Source of the DNA: Hyaloraphidium curvatum SAG 235-1
Lineage: Eukaryota; Fungi; Monoblepharomycota
Direction of reading: 5' to 3'
Assembly (NCBI GenBank): GCA_025558095.1
Contig: JAIVFI010000006.1
Span: forward strand, 248,001-312,000
DNA: 64,000 bases
The position numbers and the translations under genes are program-made. The notes beneath the pieces are model-generated. The model did no database searches and had not been told where the DNA came from. It saw only the letters and a program-made list of their open reading frames with translations. Shown here piece after piece: positions 21,302-31,290 of this stretch (position 1 is its first letter; every line of letters starts with the position of its first letter).

Positions 21302-23044
21302 TCAAGCGTGGCCCGAAGCGCCGTACTGCAGCGACTCCATGACCCGGTTGAGGTTGAAAACGCCGGCCTTTTGCGCGGGAGGGTAGTCCTTGAAGGTCGC
21401 GAGGACTTCGGCGACGATGCTCTGCGAAGGGACCAGGACGTAGGCGTGGTCGATGTACCTGGGGGGCGGACGGCGGAAAAGTCAGCGGACACCGGAAAAA
21501 GTACCAAAAGGACGTGCCAATCCCAGTAAGTGTTACCTAGATACGAAACAGGGGTCAGAAAATGGGTTTTGCACCTTCGGGAGGCCTTACTTGTGATGTC
21601 GGCCTGCTCATACGGATCCGTCCGCAGGTTGAAGAGCTTGGGCGCCCGCAGCAGCGTCCATGGCTCCAGCCAGATCTTGAGGGTGCCCTCTGCGCGCTGT
21701 TCCATGAAGACGACCTTCCAGTTGTCCATCCTGAGGGCGCAGAGCTCGCCCTCGTCGGTGAAGTACAGGAACCCCTTGCGCGGGCTCGGAGCGCCCTCGG
21801 TCAGGTGCGCGAGCAGGTTGTGCCCGTCGAGGTGGCTCCTGTACTGCCGGCCGTTGAGCTCGGTGCCCTTGAGGAGCTGCTCCTTGATGTCGGGGTTGCC
21901 GGCGATGGCCAGGAGGGTGGGGAACCAGTCGAGGTGCGAGACGATGTCGTTGGAGATGCTGCCGGGCTTGATCTTGCCGGGCCAGCGGACCATGCAGGGA
22001 ACGCGGTAGGCGCCCTCCCAGTTGGTGTTCTTCTCGGAGCGGAAGGGCGTCGTGCCGGCGTCGGGCCAGCTGTTGCAGTGGGGCCCGTTGTCGGTCGAGT
22101 ACATGACGAAGGTGTTGTCCTTGATGCCGAGCTCGTCCACGAGGGCGAGGAGCTTGCCGATGGTGTCATCGTGGTCGATCATGACGTCGTGGTACTCGGA
22201 CTGCCAGCGCCCGGCCCGGCCCCTCTGGCCCGTCTTGACGTGCGTGCGGAAGTGCATGTGGGTGGTGTTGAACCAGACGAAGAAGGGCACGCCGGCCTCG
22301 TGCTGGCGCCTGATGAAGTCCGTGGTCTTTTGCATGACCTCGTCGTCGATGGTTTCCATGCGCTTGCGGGTCAGCGGGCCCGTGTCCTCGATGGTCTGCC
22401 CGCCCTTGCCGTCCGACTTGCAGTGCAGCACCCCGCGGGGGCCGAACTTCTTCCGGAAGTTGGGGAAGTCCTTTTCGGTCGGGTAGTCGTCCGTCTCGGG
22501 CTCTTCCTCGGCGTTGAGGTGGTAGAGGTTGCCGAAGAACTCGTCCATGCCGTGCATCGTCGGCAGGTGCTCGTCGCGGTCACCGAGATGGTTCTTGCCG
22601 AACTGGCCGGTCGCGTAGCCCTGCTGCTTGAGCGCCGCGGCGATGGTCGGGATGGTGTTCTGCATTCCCTGCTCCGCCCTTCGGAAGCGGTTCAGGAAAC
22701 GAGATGATCCTGCCCGCTCGTCGCCACCCACCCCGGCATCCCGACTTTGGTCAGGCCGGTGCGCAAGCCGTTGTTGCCCGTGATGAAGCTCGAGCGGCCC
22801 GCCGTGCAGGACTGCTCTGCGTAGTAGTCCGTGAAGAGCATGCCCTCGTTGCCGATGGAGTCAATGTGCGGGGTCTTGTAGCCCATCATGCCCTTCGTGA
22901 AGATCGAAAGGTTCGACTGCCCTGAGGGAGAAAGAGAGAGAGAGAGAGAGAGTTGGAGGCCGCTCCGCACCGCGCCGACCAGGACCCACCAATGTCGTCG
23001 CCCCACATGATGAGGATGTTCGGGCTCTTCGCGCCGCCCGCCAT
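21302..23044 (-). CDS. arylsulfatase (formylglycine type, bacterial-like), multi-exon, no signal peptide
   Basis: PNILIMWGDDIG, TPHIDSIGNEG, signature SCTAGRSSFITG, GQFGKNHLGD, STDNG, EGAYRVP, NLRTDPYE. Confidence 0.92.
22933..22952. repeat. (AG)10 microsatellite, forming the polypyrimidine tract of sulfatase intron 1 on the minus strand
   Basis: Seen directly in the sequence. Confidence 0.9.
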
Positions 23045-23381
23045 AGTGTGGTCGTAACGCGTTCGCGGGGGAAACGGTGCGCGTTGAAGGACAGGAAACG
23101 CCGCGGAGCGGCGGGCGACAGTGTTGTCGGAAGTCGGGCTCAGTCAGGGACTAAAGTCGGACGTGGTCCCTGGGGGACCACGGCCCCGGACGCAGGACGT
23201 CAATCAGAGGAGCGAAGCAAGAGGATGGCGCTATAAATGCGTATTGACCTTGCCGCCGTTGAGCTGGCCGCCGCTTCATCATCAAGTCGGTTGTCCCTTT
23301 CGCGGCAGCTGACGGCGCGCGCGCGCGCGACGGCTTTGCCACACTCGTCGACGCCACCTGAACTCCCTCGAAAGCATCGCG

Positions 23382-24995
23382 ATGTCCGAGACGATTCCGC
23401 TCCTGTTGGTCGGCGGCGCGCTCGGTGCGGCGTGGCAGATGAACAGCGCCGTGGCGTGGACCGCGGCGGCCGTCTTCTCGCTCTACGTCCTCCTCCTGAG
23501 CTTTATCAATGGCCGTTGGTCGAACCGTCGTCCGGACGATCCCCCGTACCTCTCGGGCTGGATTCCGGGGCTGGGACTGGCGCTCTCGCTCTCCGCGCGC
23601 GGGGAGGGGTTCCTGGCGGACTGTGCGCGCCGCCACGGGCCCGTCTTCACCATCTACGTTTCCGGCCGCCGTATGACCTTCGTAACCAGCCCAACGATGC
23701 TGGACGCCATCGTCAAAGACACGCGGCATTTCCAGTACGCGCCCGTCAGGGCCACTTTCTACCACCAGGCCGGCGGCGTGGACGCGTCGCTCCCCGGCCT
23801 CAAGGGCTTCATCGAGGACGAGGCCAAGGTGTTCCAGAAGTTCCTCCTCGACGACGCCTCGGCGATGGCACGGAGGTTCTCGACGTTTGCGCTCCCAAAG
23901 CTGGAGTCGGAGCTGGCGTCGGCCGCGGATTCAGGCGAAGCCGTGGACCTCTTCCACCTGGCCAAGAAGCTCGTCTGGTACGCCGGCACGACGGCCCTCT
24001 GCGGCAGCGATTACCCCATCGCGGGCGACAATGCGGACGCCTTGCTCGCCGCCTTTGACTTTTACGAGGCCGCTTTCCCCCTCATGGCCGGCGGCGCGCC
24101 TGCTTCGATGCTCCCGACCGAGTCGCGCAACGCCCTTAAGGCCTTTGTCGACCTCATGACTCCCAAGGAGGTCGACGGGCTCTGGACGTCCTTCCTGAAC
24201 GGCATTCCCGGGATCACAAAGGGCCGCGCCAGCGGCTCAGTGGCGGACGCCCTGCAGACGTCGCCGAAGCAGCCATCGCCCGCCTTTGCCGCCCGGACTG
24301 TCGCCTTCCTGAAGCGCGGTCTCGCCTCCGATCCTCGGCGGATCGGATCGAGCGATCTCCTGCTCGTCCACGCGGCGATGGCCAACACGGCCCCTGCTCT
24401 CTACTGGACCTTGAAGAACGTTTTGCAGGGGATCAGTGATGGCGCGCCGTGGGCTGCCGACGCGGTCGCCGAATCCAAGGGGTGCTTCCCGGGCGGCAAG
24501 TTCGACCCCGACGTCTCCGCACCGACGTTGGACGCCTGCCTCACGGAATCCCTGCGCCTCGCTTCCTCCCCCTTCGTCACTCGCGCCGCGGTTCCAGACG
24601 CCTCGGACCGGTCCGCCCGCGTCAAGATCCCCGGCACCCGGTTCTCGGTGGCTCTGGGCGAGCAGATCGTCTTCCCCGCGCGGCTGGCGATGCACCTCAA
24701 CCCGTCGCTGTACGAGGGCGGGGCCCCGTTGGATGCGTTCGATCCCGCGCGGCACTTGGGAGCGGGCGCCGCCGAGGCGGCGAAGAGGATGGCGGCTTTC
24801 GGCGCGGGGCAGAGCATCTGCCCGGGGCGCAGGTACGCGGGGAGCGAGATCAGGTGCCTGGTTGCAGCCGCGCTGCGGAGCTGGGATTTCGAGGTCGTGG
24901 AGGACGGGGGAGGAAGGCTGAAGCCGGGGCGGTGGGGATCGGGAGTCCTGCCACCGGTGCAGACGACCAAGGTGCGGATCACGAGGAAAATGTAA
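23382..24995 (+). CDS. cytochrome P450, CYP7/CYP8-like, intronless
   Basis: N-terminal anchor, PPYLSGWIPGLG, I-helix AAMANT, ESLR, FDPAR, heme motif FGAGQSICPG. Confidence 0.92.
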   Translation: MSETIPLLLVGGALGAAWQMNSAVAWTAAAVFSLYVLLLSFINGRWSNRRPDDPPYLSGWIPGLGLALSLSARGEGFLADCARRHGPVFTIYVSGRRMTFVTSPTMLDAIVKDTRHFQYAPVRATFYHQAGGVDASLPGLKGFIEDEAKVFQKFLLDDASAMARRFSTFALPKLESELASAADSGEAVDLFHLAKKLVWYAGTTALCGSDYPIAGDNADALLAAFDFYEAAFPLMAGGAPASMLPTESRNALKAFVDLMTPKEVDGLWTSFLNGIPGITKGRASGSVADALQTSPKQPSPAFAARTVAFLKRGLASDPRRIGSSDLLLVHAAMANTAPALYWTLKNVLQGISDGAPWAADAVAESKGCFPGGKFDPDVSAPTLDACLTESLRLASSPFVTRAAVPDASDRSARVKIPGTRFSVALGEQIVFPARLAMHLNPSLYEGGAPLDAFDPARHLGAGAAEAAKRMAAFGAGQSICPGRRYAGSEIRCLVAAALRSWDFEVVEDGGGRLKPGRWGSGVLPPVQTTKVRITRKM

Positions 24996-25028
24996 TGATC
25001 AAAACAACATCCCAAAATCGCGAGCACC

Positions 25029-26233
25029 CTACAACTTGTTCCGCTTGTCCGTCTTGTTGGCGTACGAGCCCGGGAACCCGCCCGTCCTCAGCAGCTCGGC
25101 GTGAGTCTCCTCGGGCGTGTTCTCCTTGCACGTCCTCATGTAGCAGAAATCGAGGAAAGGCTCGGTGGGCCTCTGAAGGGGGTCCTCAGGGCCGATCGTG
25201 TGGACGACCCGGCGAACGTCGGCCATGGCGCCCGACTGCTTGCGTGTGCGGTCAACGGCATCCCAGGGGAGGTTGGAAGTGCCGCTCATGTAGTGGTTGG
25301 TCAGCTTTGGGCGCAACGAAGAAAAGCGAGAAAGAACGACATCAGCGCCATCAACACCACACACTGCGTGAAAACCTACGACGCGACGGTAGTCCTGGGA
25401 CCGGTTCTTCGTCGATCGGTGGAGCAGGTACCCGTTGAAGAAAAGGACGCTGCCTGGCTTCAGATCCACCGTCACTTCCTCGCCCCAGCCGTCCGACTTG
25501 GCCACGCCGTCGAAGCCGTACGATTCCTTCGCGAAATCGTACTCGTCCACGTTGGTGTGCTCCCGCTGCGGGAAGAGGATCCCCCTCCGGTGCGACCCGG
25601 GCAGCACGCGGAGCGTCCCGTTCTCCGCCGTCGCGTGGTCGATGGCGATCCAGATGGCGGTGAGCGAGCGGTCGCGCGTTGGAATATAGGCCTCATCCTG
25701 GTGCCAGGCCTGCCCCTGGAAGCCAGGAGGCTTCACGAAGAGCATCGTCTGCATGCACTTGACCGAGCCGTCCCACCAGCCGGGCGCCATGTGCGCTCCC
25801 GTGAGCTGGCCGAGGATCGGAGCGATCCGGGGGTGCGAGATGTAGCGCCGCATGACCGGTGAGACGTAATGGGGCATGTGTATGGCCAAAACATTCTTCA
25901 GGACCTCCGAATCGGAGGAATCGGCTGGCAGAGGCTTGATGTTCGACGAAGGATAGCCGCCCTGAGTTTGAGAGACGCCACCAACGACAAGCGAGGGCAG
26001 CCAGTCACTCAGGAGAGGTCTAAGATAGTAACGCAGGTGCCACGCACCTTCGCAATTGTAATGAAGTCGCGCTTGAGTTCCTCGAGCTCAGCGGAGGGGA
26101 CGAGCCCGTCCACGATGAGGAACCCATCCCGCAGGTAAGCGGCCACCTGCTCCTCGCTCAACGGCGGCCTAGAAGCAGTTGACGGCGCCTGCCACGCCAA
26201 ACTCGGCGATTCCAGGGCGGGAGACACGGACAT
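25029..26233 (-). CDS. phytanoyl-CoA dioxygenase (PhyH)-family Fe(II)/2OG oxygenase, multi-exon
   Basis: LSEEQVAAYLRDGFLIV, KPPG..GQAWHQD, WIAID.AT.ENGTL.VLPGSH, LLHRS..N.S..YRR. Confidence 0.9.
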
Positions 26234-26897
26234 TTCGGTGCCGGGCAAGAACTGGCGGACCAATCCTTTGCACCGTAGTTTGCCACACACAGTCACGCTT
26301 CTAGCACGCTTTACTGCTTTCACGCTTATTGTCGCCTCGTGCTACAACCAGTTATGCTGTCCTCTACGCAATCCGGAACCGCCGGCGCCCAGAGCCGCGC
26401 TTCTTCCGAGGGACTTGGCAACGCCCCGACGGGACGAAACGAGGAGCTGGCTTCCGAGGGCTCCGGCCGCGTTCTGACGGGCGTACCCCGCAACGACCTC
26501 GAGGAAAGGAAGGGGCTTCAGCAGATGGCCGAGGTGCGTGTCTTATCTAGTTCGAACGGGAGAGCTCGAGTAACGGCGCGCTGACGTGGACGCCGATGCC
26601 AAAGAAAGCCGGAAAGGGCTCCGAGAACAAAGGTGAAAGGGCAGCGGGGCGAATATTCTTAGCCATTGACATTTTCTGGCCAGCCGGAGTTATCAAGGGG
26701 GAGGAAGACCCGGCCAAAGTCAAATCCGAGGACTCGTCTGTCAATCGCGCTGCTGGCGCCGAGTTCTCGGGAAGCACTGCCGGCGAGCTGCCTTCGACGA
26801 CGGCTTCGGCGATCAAGGAGACGGAAAGCGGTCGCGGGGCTCGCTAGAGGCTGGCTTTTGACGATGATCAAGGTTCAGTCACATACAGCTCACGTGC

Positions 26898-28784
26898 TCA
26901 ATCTGCCCTCTCCCGCTCCGTCCGATCATTCAGCTCCGCAACCCTCTTCCGCCAATCTTTCAGGCCACCTGGCTTCAAAATCTCCTCTACATCGACCGTG
27001 CCGTCCACCACGGAGACCGAGATCGCCGGATCCACCTCCTCCCAGACGGGCTTCTTCCACATAGCCTCCCTCGCCCCGGGCACAGACGGGAGCCCAAAAC
27101 AGATGACCTTATCGGGCCCACGCCGCCAAGCTATCCTCTCCTCCGAGTGCAGGGAATCGTTCGAGTAGTACGCATCGTCGAATGGCCTGCGCCCGCGCTG
27201 GACATCGTCAAAGACGTCGTGCCGATACGCGGTCCGGACGTTGGGCACGATCGCCACGCGGCCCATTCCCAGCGCCCACAGGTCCTTGTCGAGAAGCGAA
27301 CACTCGCTGGCCGGGCACTCGGTGCCGTTGGGCTTCGCCGCGCGGAACCTCAGTCCGAGGAGGAACGGGTGGGGAATGAGGGCGGAGATGCCGTTCCAGC
27401 ACGACCAGACCTGCACCGGCAGGCCCCTTTCGAAGCGAGCGCGGCCGAGAGGATCGCCCAGGAATCGGTCGCGGTACCAGATCTTGGGCACGGCAAGCAC
27501 GTCCCCGGAAAGATCGCGGGCGACCCAGGAGTCGTAAAAGTCGCCGCCGCCGCCAGGGCCCCTTTCGCGGGAACGAATGAAGCGCCAGAAGTCGAGACCG
27601 CATACGTGGGATGCCGCTGCTAGAGAAGCTGGCTGGCTATTGCGACTGGAACCGTCAAACTTGCTCCCTCGTGAACCCTGCACGACAAGAAGCTGGTAAA
27701 CGAGCTCCAGCACATCCTCTGCGCAAAAGAAGACGTCGTTGAGGAAGAGCACGGCGTCCCAGACAGGCCGGTCGTCCTCTAGCCCTTGGTCCAGCAGAGG
27801 CTCCAGCGCGGCATTGCGCATCTTTGCCAGCTCGAGAATTCGGAGCGCGCGCGACCAATCCGTGCGCACGTTGGGTCCGCGAGCGACAATTCGGTGCGGG
27901 ATCTTGTGTTGCGAAAACGAGCGCCGCAAGAGAAGCAGGAGCGGCTGCGTCAGATCGTCCGAGCCATTCTCGTAGATCGAGAGGAAGAGCGGTTCCGCGC
28001 TGGCTGCGGCCAACGACTCGCGAGGCACAAGGCGCCGTTCCAAGATCCTGCCATGTTCCTCAGTCCGGCCTCCCTTCTCTGGCCCTTCAAGACTGAGCAG
28101 GTACTGACGAACGAGCAGGAGCTGCCTCCCAAAGTTGGGCAGGACCGCCTGGGAACCGTGCAGGTTCGCGGCGACGAATATCCGTTTCCCCCTCAGCGAC
28201 GCGTACCTCCGCCTCCTCGAGTCCGTGAACGCGCACTGGGGCAGATGGAAGTAGGCGTGGTCCGGCGGAATCTCGGGCAGGCCCAAAAATGGGAGCGAGA
28301 GAAGCCGCAGCGTGTCGTTCACCGGATCATCCGCGAAAGACTCTCCACGGCCGTCCCTTGCCGCCAAGTCCCCGAGCAGCGCCCGCTGCCATTCGGATGC
28401 CGGCGCAAACTTAGGAGTCACGCCGGGAGGCAGCTCTTCTCCGAATGCCCAATGCCCCAGGATAGCCGATAGTCCGAACGGCGCCCGACGAAACATTGGC
28501 TCCAGGACATAGAACGAGAGCAGGGAAAGCCCGAACGGGTTTCCGGTGGCTGGCACAACGTGTAAAAGGATATGAACGAGCGCTGCCGACGAAAGAACAG
28601 CCAAGAAAAGCACGAAAGCCGCGGCCCGTGGAAGGAGAAGCGCGTCGTCCTCCGACGCGCTTTTCCACCCCAACGCGGTCCGGACGGCCCGCAGAAGCGC
28701 TTGGAGATGCCGCGTCCGACGGACCGCGAGCGCCGATAACCGCCTCAGCACCACCGGCAGTCGGAGGGCGCGCAGGCGGACCAT
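26898..28784 (-). CDS. alpha-1,3-mannosyltransferase, CAP59/CMT1 family (GT69)
   Basis: SIYENGSDD, RILELAKMRNAALEPL, FLNDVFFC, FYDSWVARD, VWSCWNG, ECPASEC. Confidence 0.88.
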   Translation of the reverse strand: MVRLRALRLPVVLRRLSALAVRRTRHLQALLRAVRTALGWKSASEDDALLLPRAAAFVLFLAVLSSAALVHILLHVVPATGNPFGLSLLSFYVLEPMFRRAPFGLSAILGHWAFGEELPPGVTPKFAPASEWQRALLGDLAARDGRGESFADDPVNDTLRLLSLPFLGLPEIPPDHAYFHLPQCAFTDSRRRRYASLRGKRIFVAANLHGSQAVLPNFGRQLLLVRQYLLSLEGPEKGGRTEEHGRILERRLVPRESLAAASAEPLFLSIYENGSDDLTQPLLLLLRRSFSQHKIPHRIVARGPNVRTDWSRALRILELAKMRNAALEPLLDQGLEDDRPVWDAVLFLNDVFFCAEDVLELVYQLLVVQGSRGSKFDGSSRNSQPASLAAASHVCGLDFWRFIRSRERGPGGGGDFYDSWVARDLSGDVLAVPKIWYRDRFLGDPLGRARFERGLPVQVWSCWNGISALIPHPFLLGLRFRAAKPNGTECPASECSLLDKDLWALGMGRVAIVPNVRTAYRHDVFDDVQRGRRPFDDAYYSNDSLHSEERIAWRRGPDKVICFGLPSVPGAREAMWKKPVWEEVDPAISVSVVDGTVDVEEILKPGGLKDWRKRVAELNDRTERERAD

Positions 28785-29012
28785 CTGGCCCGCGTCGCGC
28801 CGAGAGAGCGCGCCGCAAACCGGCCCCTATCTCCGCATCTGGCAAGCTCCTCGGGGCCGGTAACACGGCGACGACGGCGGAATCCTTCGCTCCACACTGG
28901 CTGCCGGCGGCAACGACAACTCGCGTGACGACGGCGCGATTGGGTCCGCGATCGTGTGGCGCGTGCGCACGGCGGGGGGGATCGCGGCGGACAGCTTCCG
29001 CAGAGAGCAATC

Positions 29013-30563
29013 ATGGCGGAATCGAACGTGCCTCTCGAACGCGGTCCTCTCAAGCTGAATGCCGCCGAGCTCGCTGTGGTCTTTCCGCGGCCCGCGCCGC
29101 AGGTCCCGCCCGAGGCATCGTTGCCAGAGGGCCTGAGCCGGGCCTCGTGCAAAACCGAACTGGGTGCGGATGCAGATCGTGAGTCGACCGGACCGCCAAG
29201 TGTCGAATCTGTACTTGTGACGCTGCAAGCGATGGAGCAGCCCGCGCTGGCTTCTATGCTTGCCACGGTCCGCGCGACTTCCGCGCTCCACATCGCGACT
29301 CTGGGGTCGCTTGTCATCTACTGCGCCGGAACTGCAGCAACCGTCATTGCAGCAGCGGGACTCGTATTCTGGCTCAATGACGGATTGTTCGGAACGCGTC
29401 AGATTGCAGCCAGCCTTGCCGGCATTGCCCTGTTTTGGGCCTGCGTGCTGGTTCCCCAAATCATGGGTGCCCAGCTCTCACGTGCACGGCCCGGCTTGGC
29501 TGAATGGTTTGCCGTGAACCTCGTCGCCATTCGCAGCTGGGGCGACGCCGTTCTCGCGCACTCGCCGCTGTTCGACCACGTGGACGGTGATGCAGCCTGC
29601 CCTTGCAGCCGGTGCTGCTCTGGCGTGATAGCATGGTCGTTTTGGGAACGCGTCATCCGCATCGTGCCGATGCACCTCTTCTCGGCCTTTGCGATCTTCA
29701 CGATGGCTTGGACCCCGCTGGTCCACTTCGGATCAGCATTCTGGAGCAGTTGGTGGGGGATCACCTTGGGCTCTTTCCTCGTGATTTTCGATGTAGTTTA
29801 CAATGCGGGCGTTGTTGTCTCACGATTGCCTGGTCCCAGTTCGGCGGAAGTTGCGCTAGCAACTCGTATCTACCTGCGAGCGAGCTTCCGTGCGATGCGT
29901 GACCTTTTGGAGCGATCCCGCTCGTTGCTTCTGCACACTGGTGACCAAATGGGGCCTCCAGATGATCACAGGAACGACGAACCCGGGGACTCAGCATTTA
30001 ATGGGCAGGAGCTCTATGTTCAGCTGCACTTTAGCTACAAGCGCCGCTGGAAACTTCTTGGCTCGCAATCCGCCTTTACGAACTTCTACACCGGAATAAC
30101 GCTGTCCCTTTTCCCTGCTTCCATTCTTGCTGCAATCATTATCAACCTCGCGGCGGGCACCTGCGTGACAGCATGGAGCATTCTCTCGTTTCTCACCGTC
30201 ATCTACACTTTGGCCTCGGACATCGCCTCGCTTCCGGCTCTGAACTCGCAGATCGATGCGCTTGCGCGGCTTTACTCAGATGCGCGGGTCTCGATCCGTG
30301 CAATGCTCGCTGAAGCCGCACACCTTCCCGAAGGCAACCCCGTCCGCTCTGCCGCGGCCAGGGAGCTCAAGGCGCACGCAGAGCTGCTCGCGGTTTTCGG
30401 CGACGTCGAGGGGCTGCGTGCCACGTTTGTTGGGATACCCATCACATGGGGCCTGGCCAAGACCTTGGCCGTCACGATGATCACGCTGGCGGTGGCTTTG
30501 TGGAGCGTGCTCAGAGGCATTGGGGTCGTCTTCACGATGCAGAGCGTGTGTCCTGGAGTTTGA
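29013..30563 (+). CDS. multi-pass membrane protein, paralogue 3 of the three-member family, intronless
   Basis: About 7 hydrophobic segments; HVDGDAACPCSRC; C-terminal FVGIPITWGLAKTLAVTMITLAVALWSVLRGIGV. Confidence 0.82.
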   Translation: MAESNVPLERGPLKLNAAELAVVFPRPAPQVPPEASLPEGLSRASCKTELGADADRESTGPPSVESVLVTLQAMEQPALASMLATVRATSALHIATLGSLVIYCAGTAATVIAAAGLVFWLNDGLFGTRQIAASLAGIALFWACVLVPQIMGAQLSRARPGLAEWFAVNLVAIRSWGDAVLAHSPLFDHVDGDAACPCSRCCSGVIAWSFWERVIRIVPMHLFSAFAIFTMAWTPLVHFGSAFWSSWWGITLGSFLVIFDVVYNAGVVVSRLPGPSSAEVALATRIYLRASFRAMRDLLERSRSLLLHTGDQMGPPDDHRNDEPGDSAFNGQELYVQLHFSYKRRWKLLGSQSAFTNFYTGITLSLFPASILAAIIINLAAGTCVTAWSILSFLTVIYTLASDIASLPALNSQIDALARLYSDARVSIRAMLAEAAHLPEGNPVRSAAARELKAHAELLAVFGDVEGLRATFVGIPITWGLAKTLAVTMITLAVALWSVLRGIGVVFTMQSVCPGV

Positions 30564-30599
30564 ACGACTCCACGTGTGAAGCCTGTGAAGCCAAAGGTC

Positions 30600-31137
30600 C
30601 GCTATCCGCACGCTTCCGAATCCCAAGGAATGCAGGCTCCTCCCCGTCCTGAGAAGCACCCTGCAGTTGATCTTCATCTCCTCGTCCGATTCCGAAGCCC
30701 CCGAGGCTTCCATCCCGGCGATCCATTCGGGCGCCGTCCTCTTGCTCTCCCGCACTAAACCCCTGGCAACCGCCCTGCACCTGGCGTTCCCGTTGCAGTA
30801 CGGCACCCATGCGACCGCAAAAACCCTCTTCTCCTGCACCGGCGCCCCCCGGCACCCAGGCCGCTCGCCTGTGCCCTTCGTACATCCCGCAAGCCTCGCG
30901 GCAGTTTGCGCACGTCCACATCCTGGCTTTCCTGCATCCCTCGGCCCATGCCTTGGGAGCGCCCAGGAGGACGGCCTCGGTTGTTTGCGGCTGGTAGCCA
31001 GCTCGTTCGCTCGCGGCGTATGCGGCGTCGACGGCGACTCGGCGCACGGGGAAGGATTGGCGATGCGAGACCAAGGACGAGGAACGAGCATCAAAAATGC
31101 GACAGATAAAGAGCACGGGGAGTTTCGGCTGGGGCAT
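30600..31137 (-). pseudogene. Cys-containing hypothetical gene with an apparent frameshift in a G6 run (pseudogene or assembly error); 3' end uncertain
   Basis: MPQPKLPV...WTCANCREAC continues as APVQEKRVFAVAWVPYCNGNARC only if one base is removed at 30845-30850. Confidence 0.35.
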
Positions 31138-31290
31138 GGCGGTCTCGGCAGGGGGTCGGATCTGGGGATGACCGGGGTCGTTTGTTTACCCGCGGCGGGC
31201 GTCGCCACCGCGGTCTCTACCGTCTCCTGCGAAGCTGAGCGACACTGTGAGGCCACGCGTCGACCCGGAGGAACCGCATCGTTGGCATAA

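Noticed and set aside
23315-23329. (GC)n alternating run between the sulfatase and P450 genes (possible Z-DNA)
   Set aside because: Short and expected by chance at this GC content.
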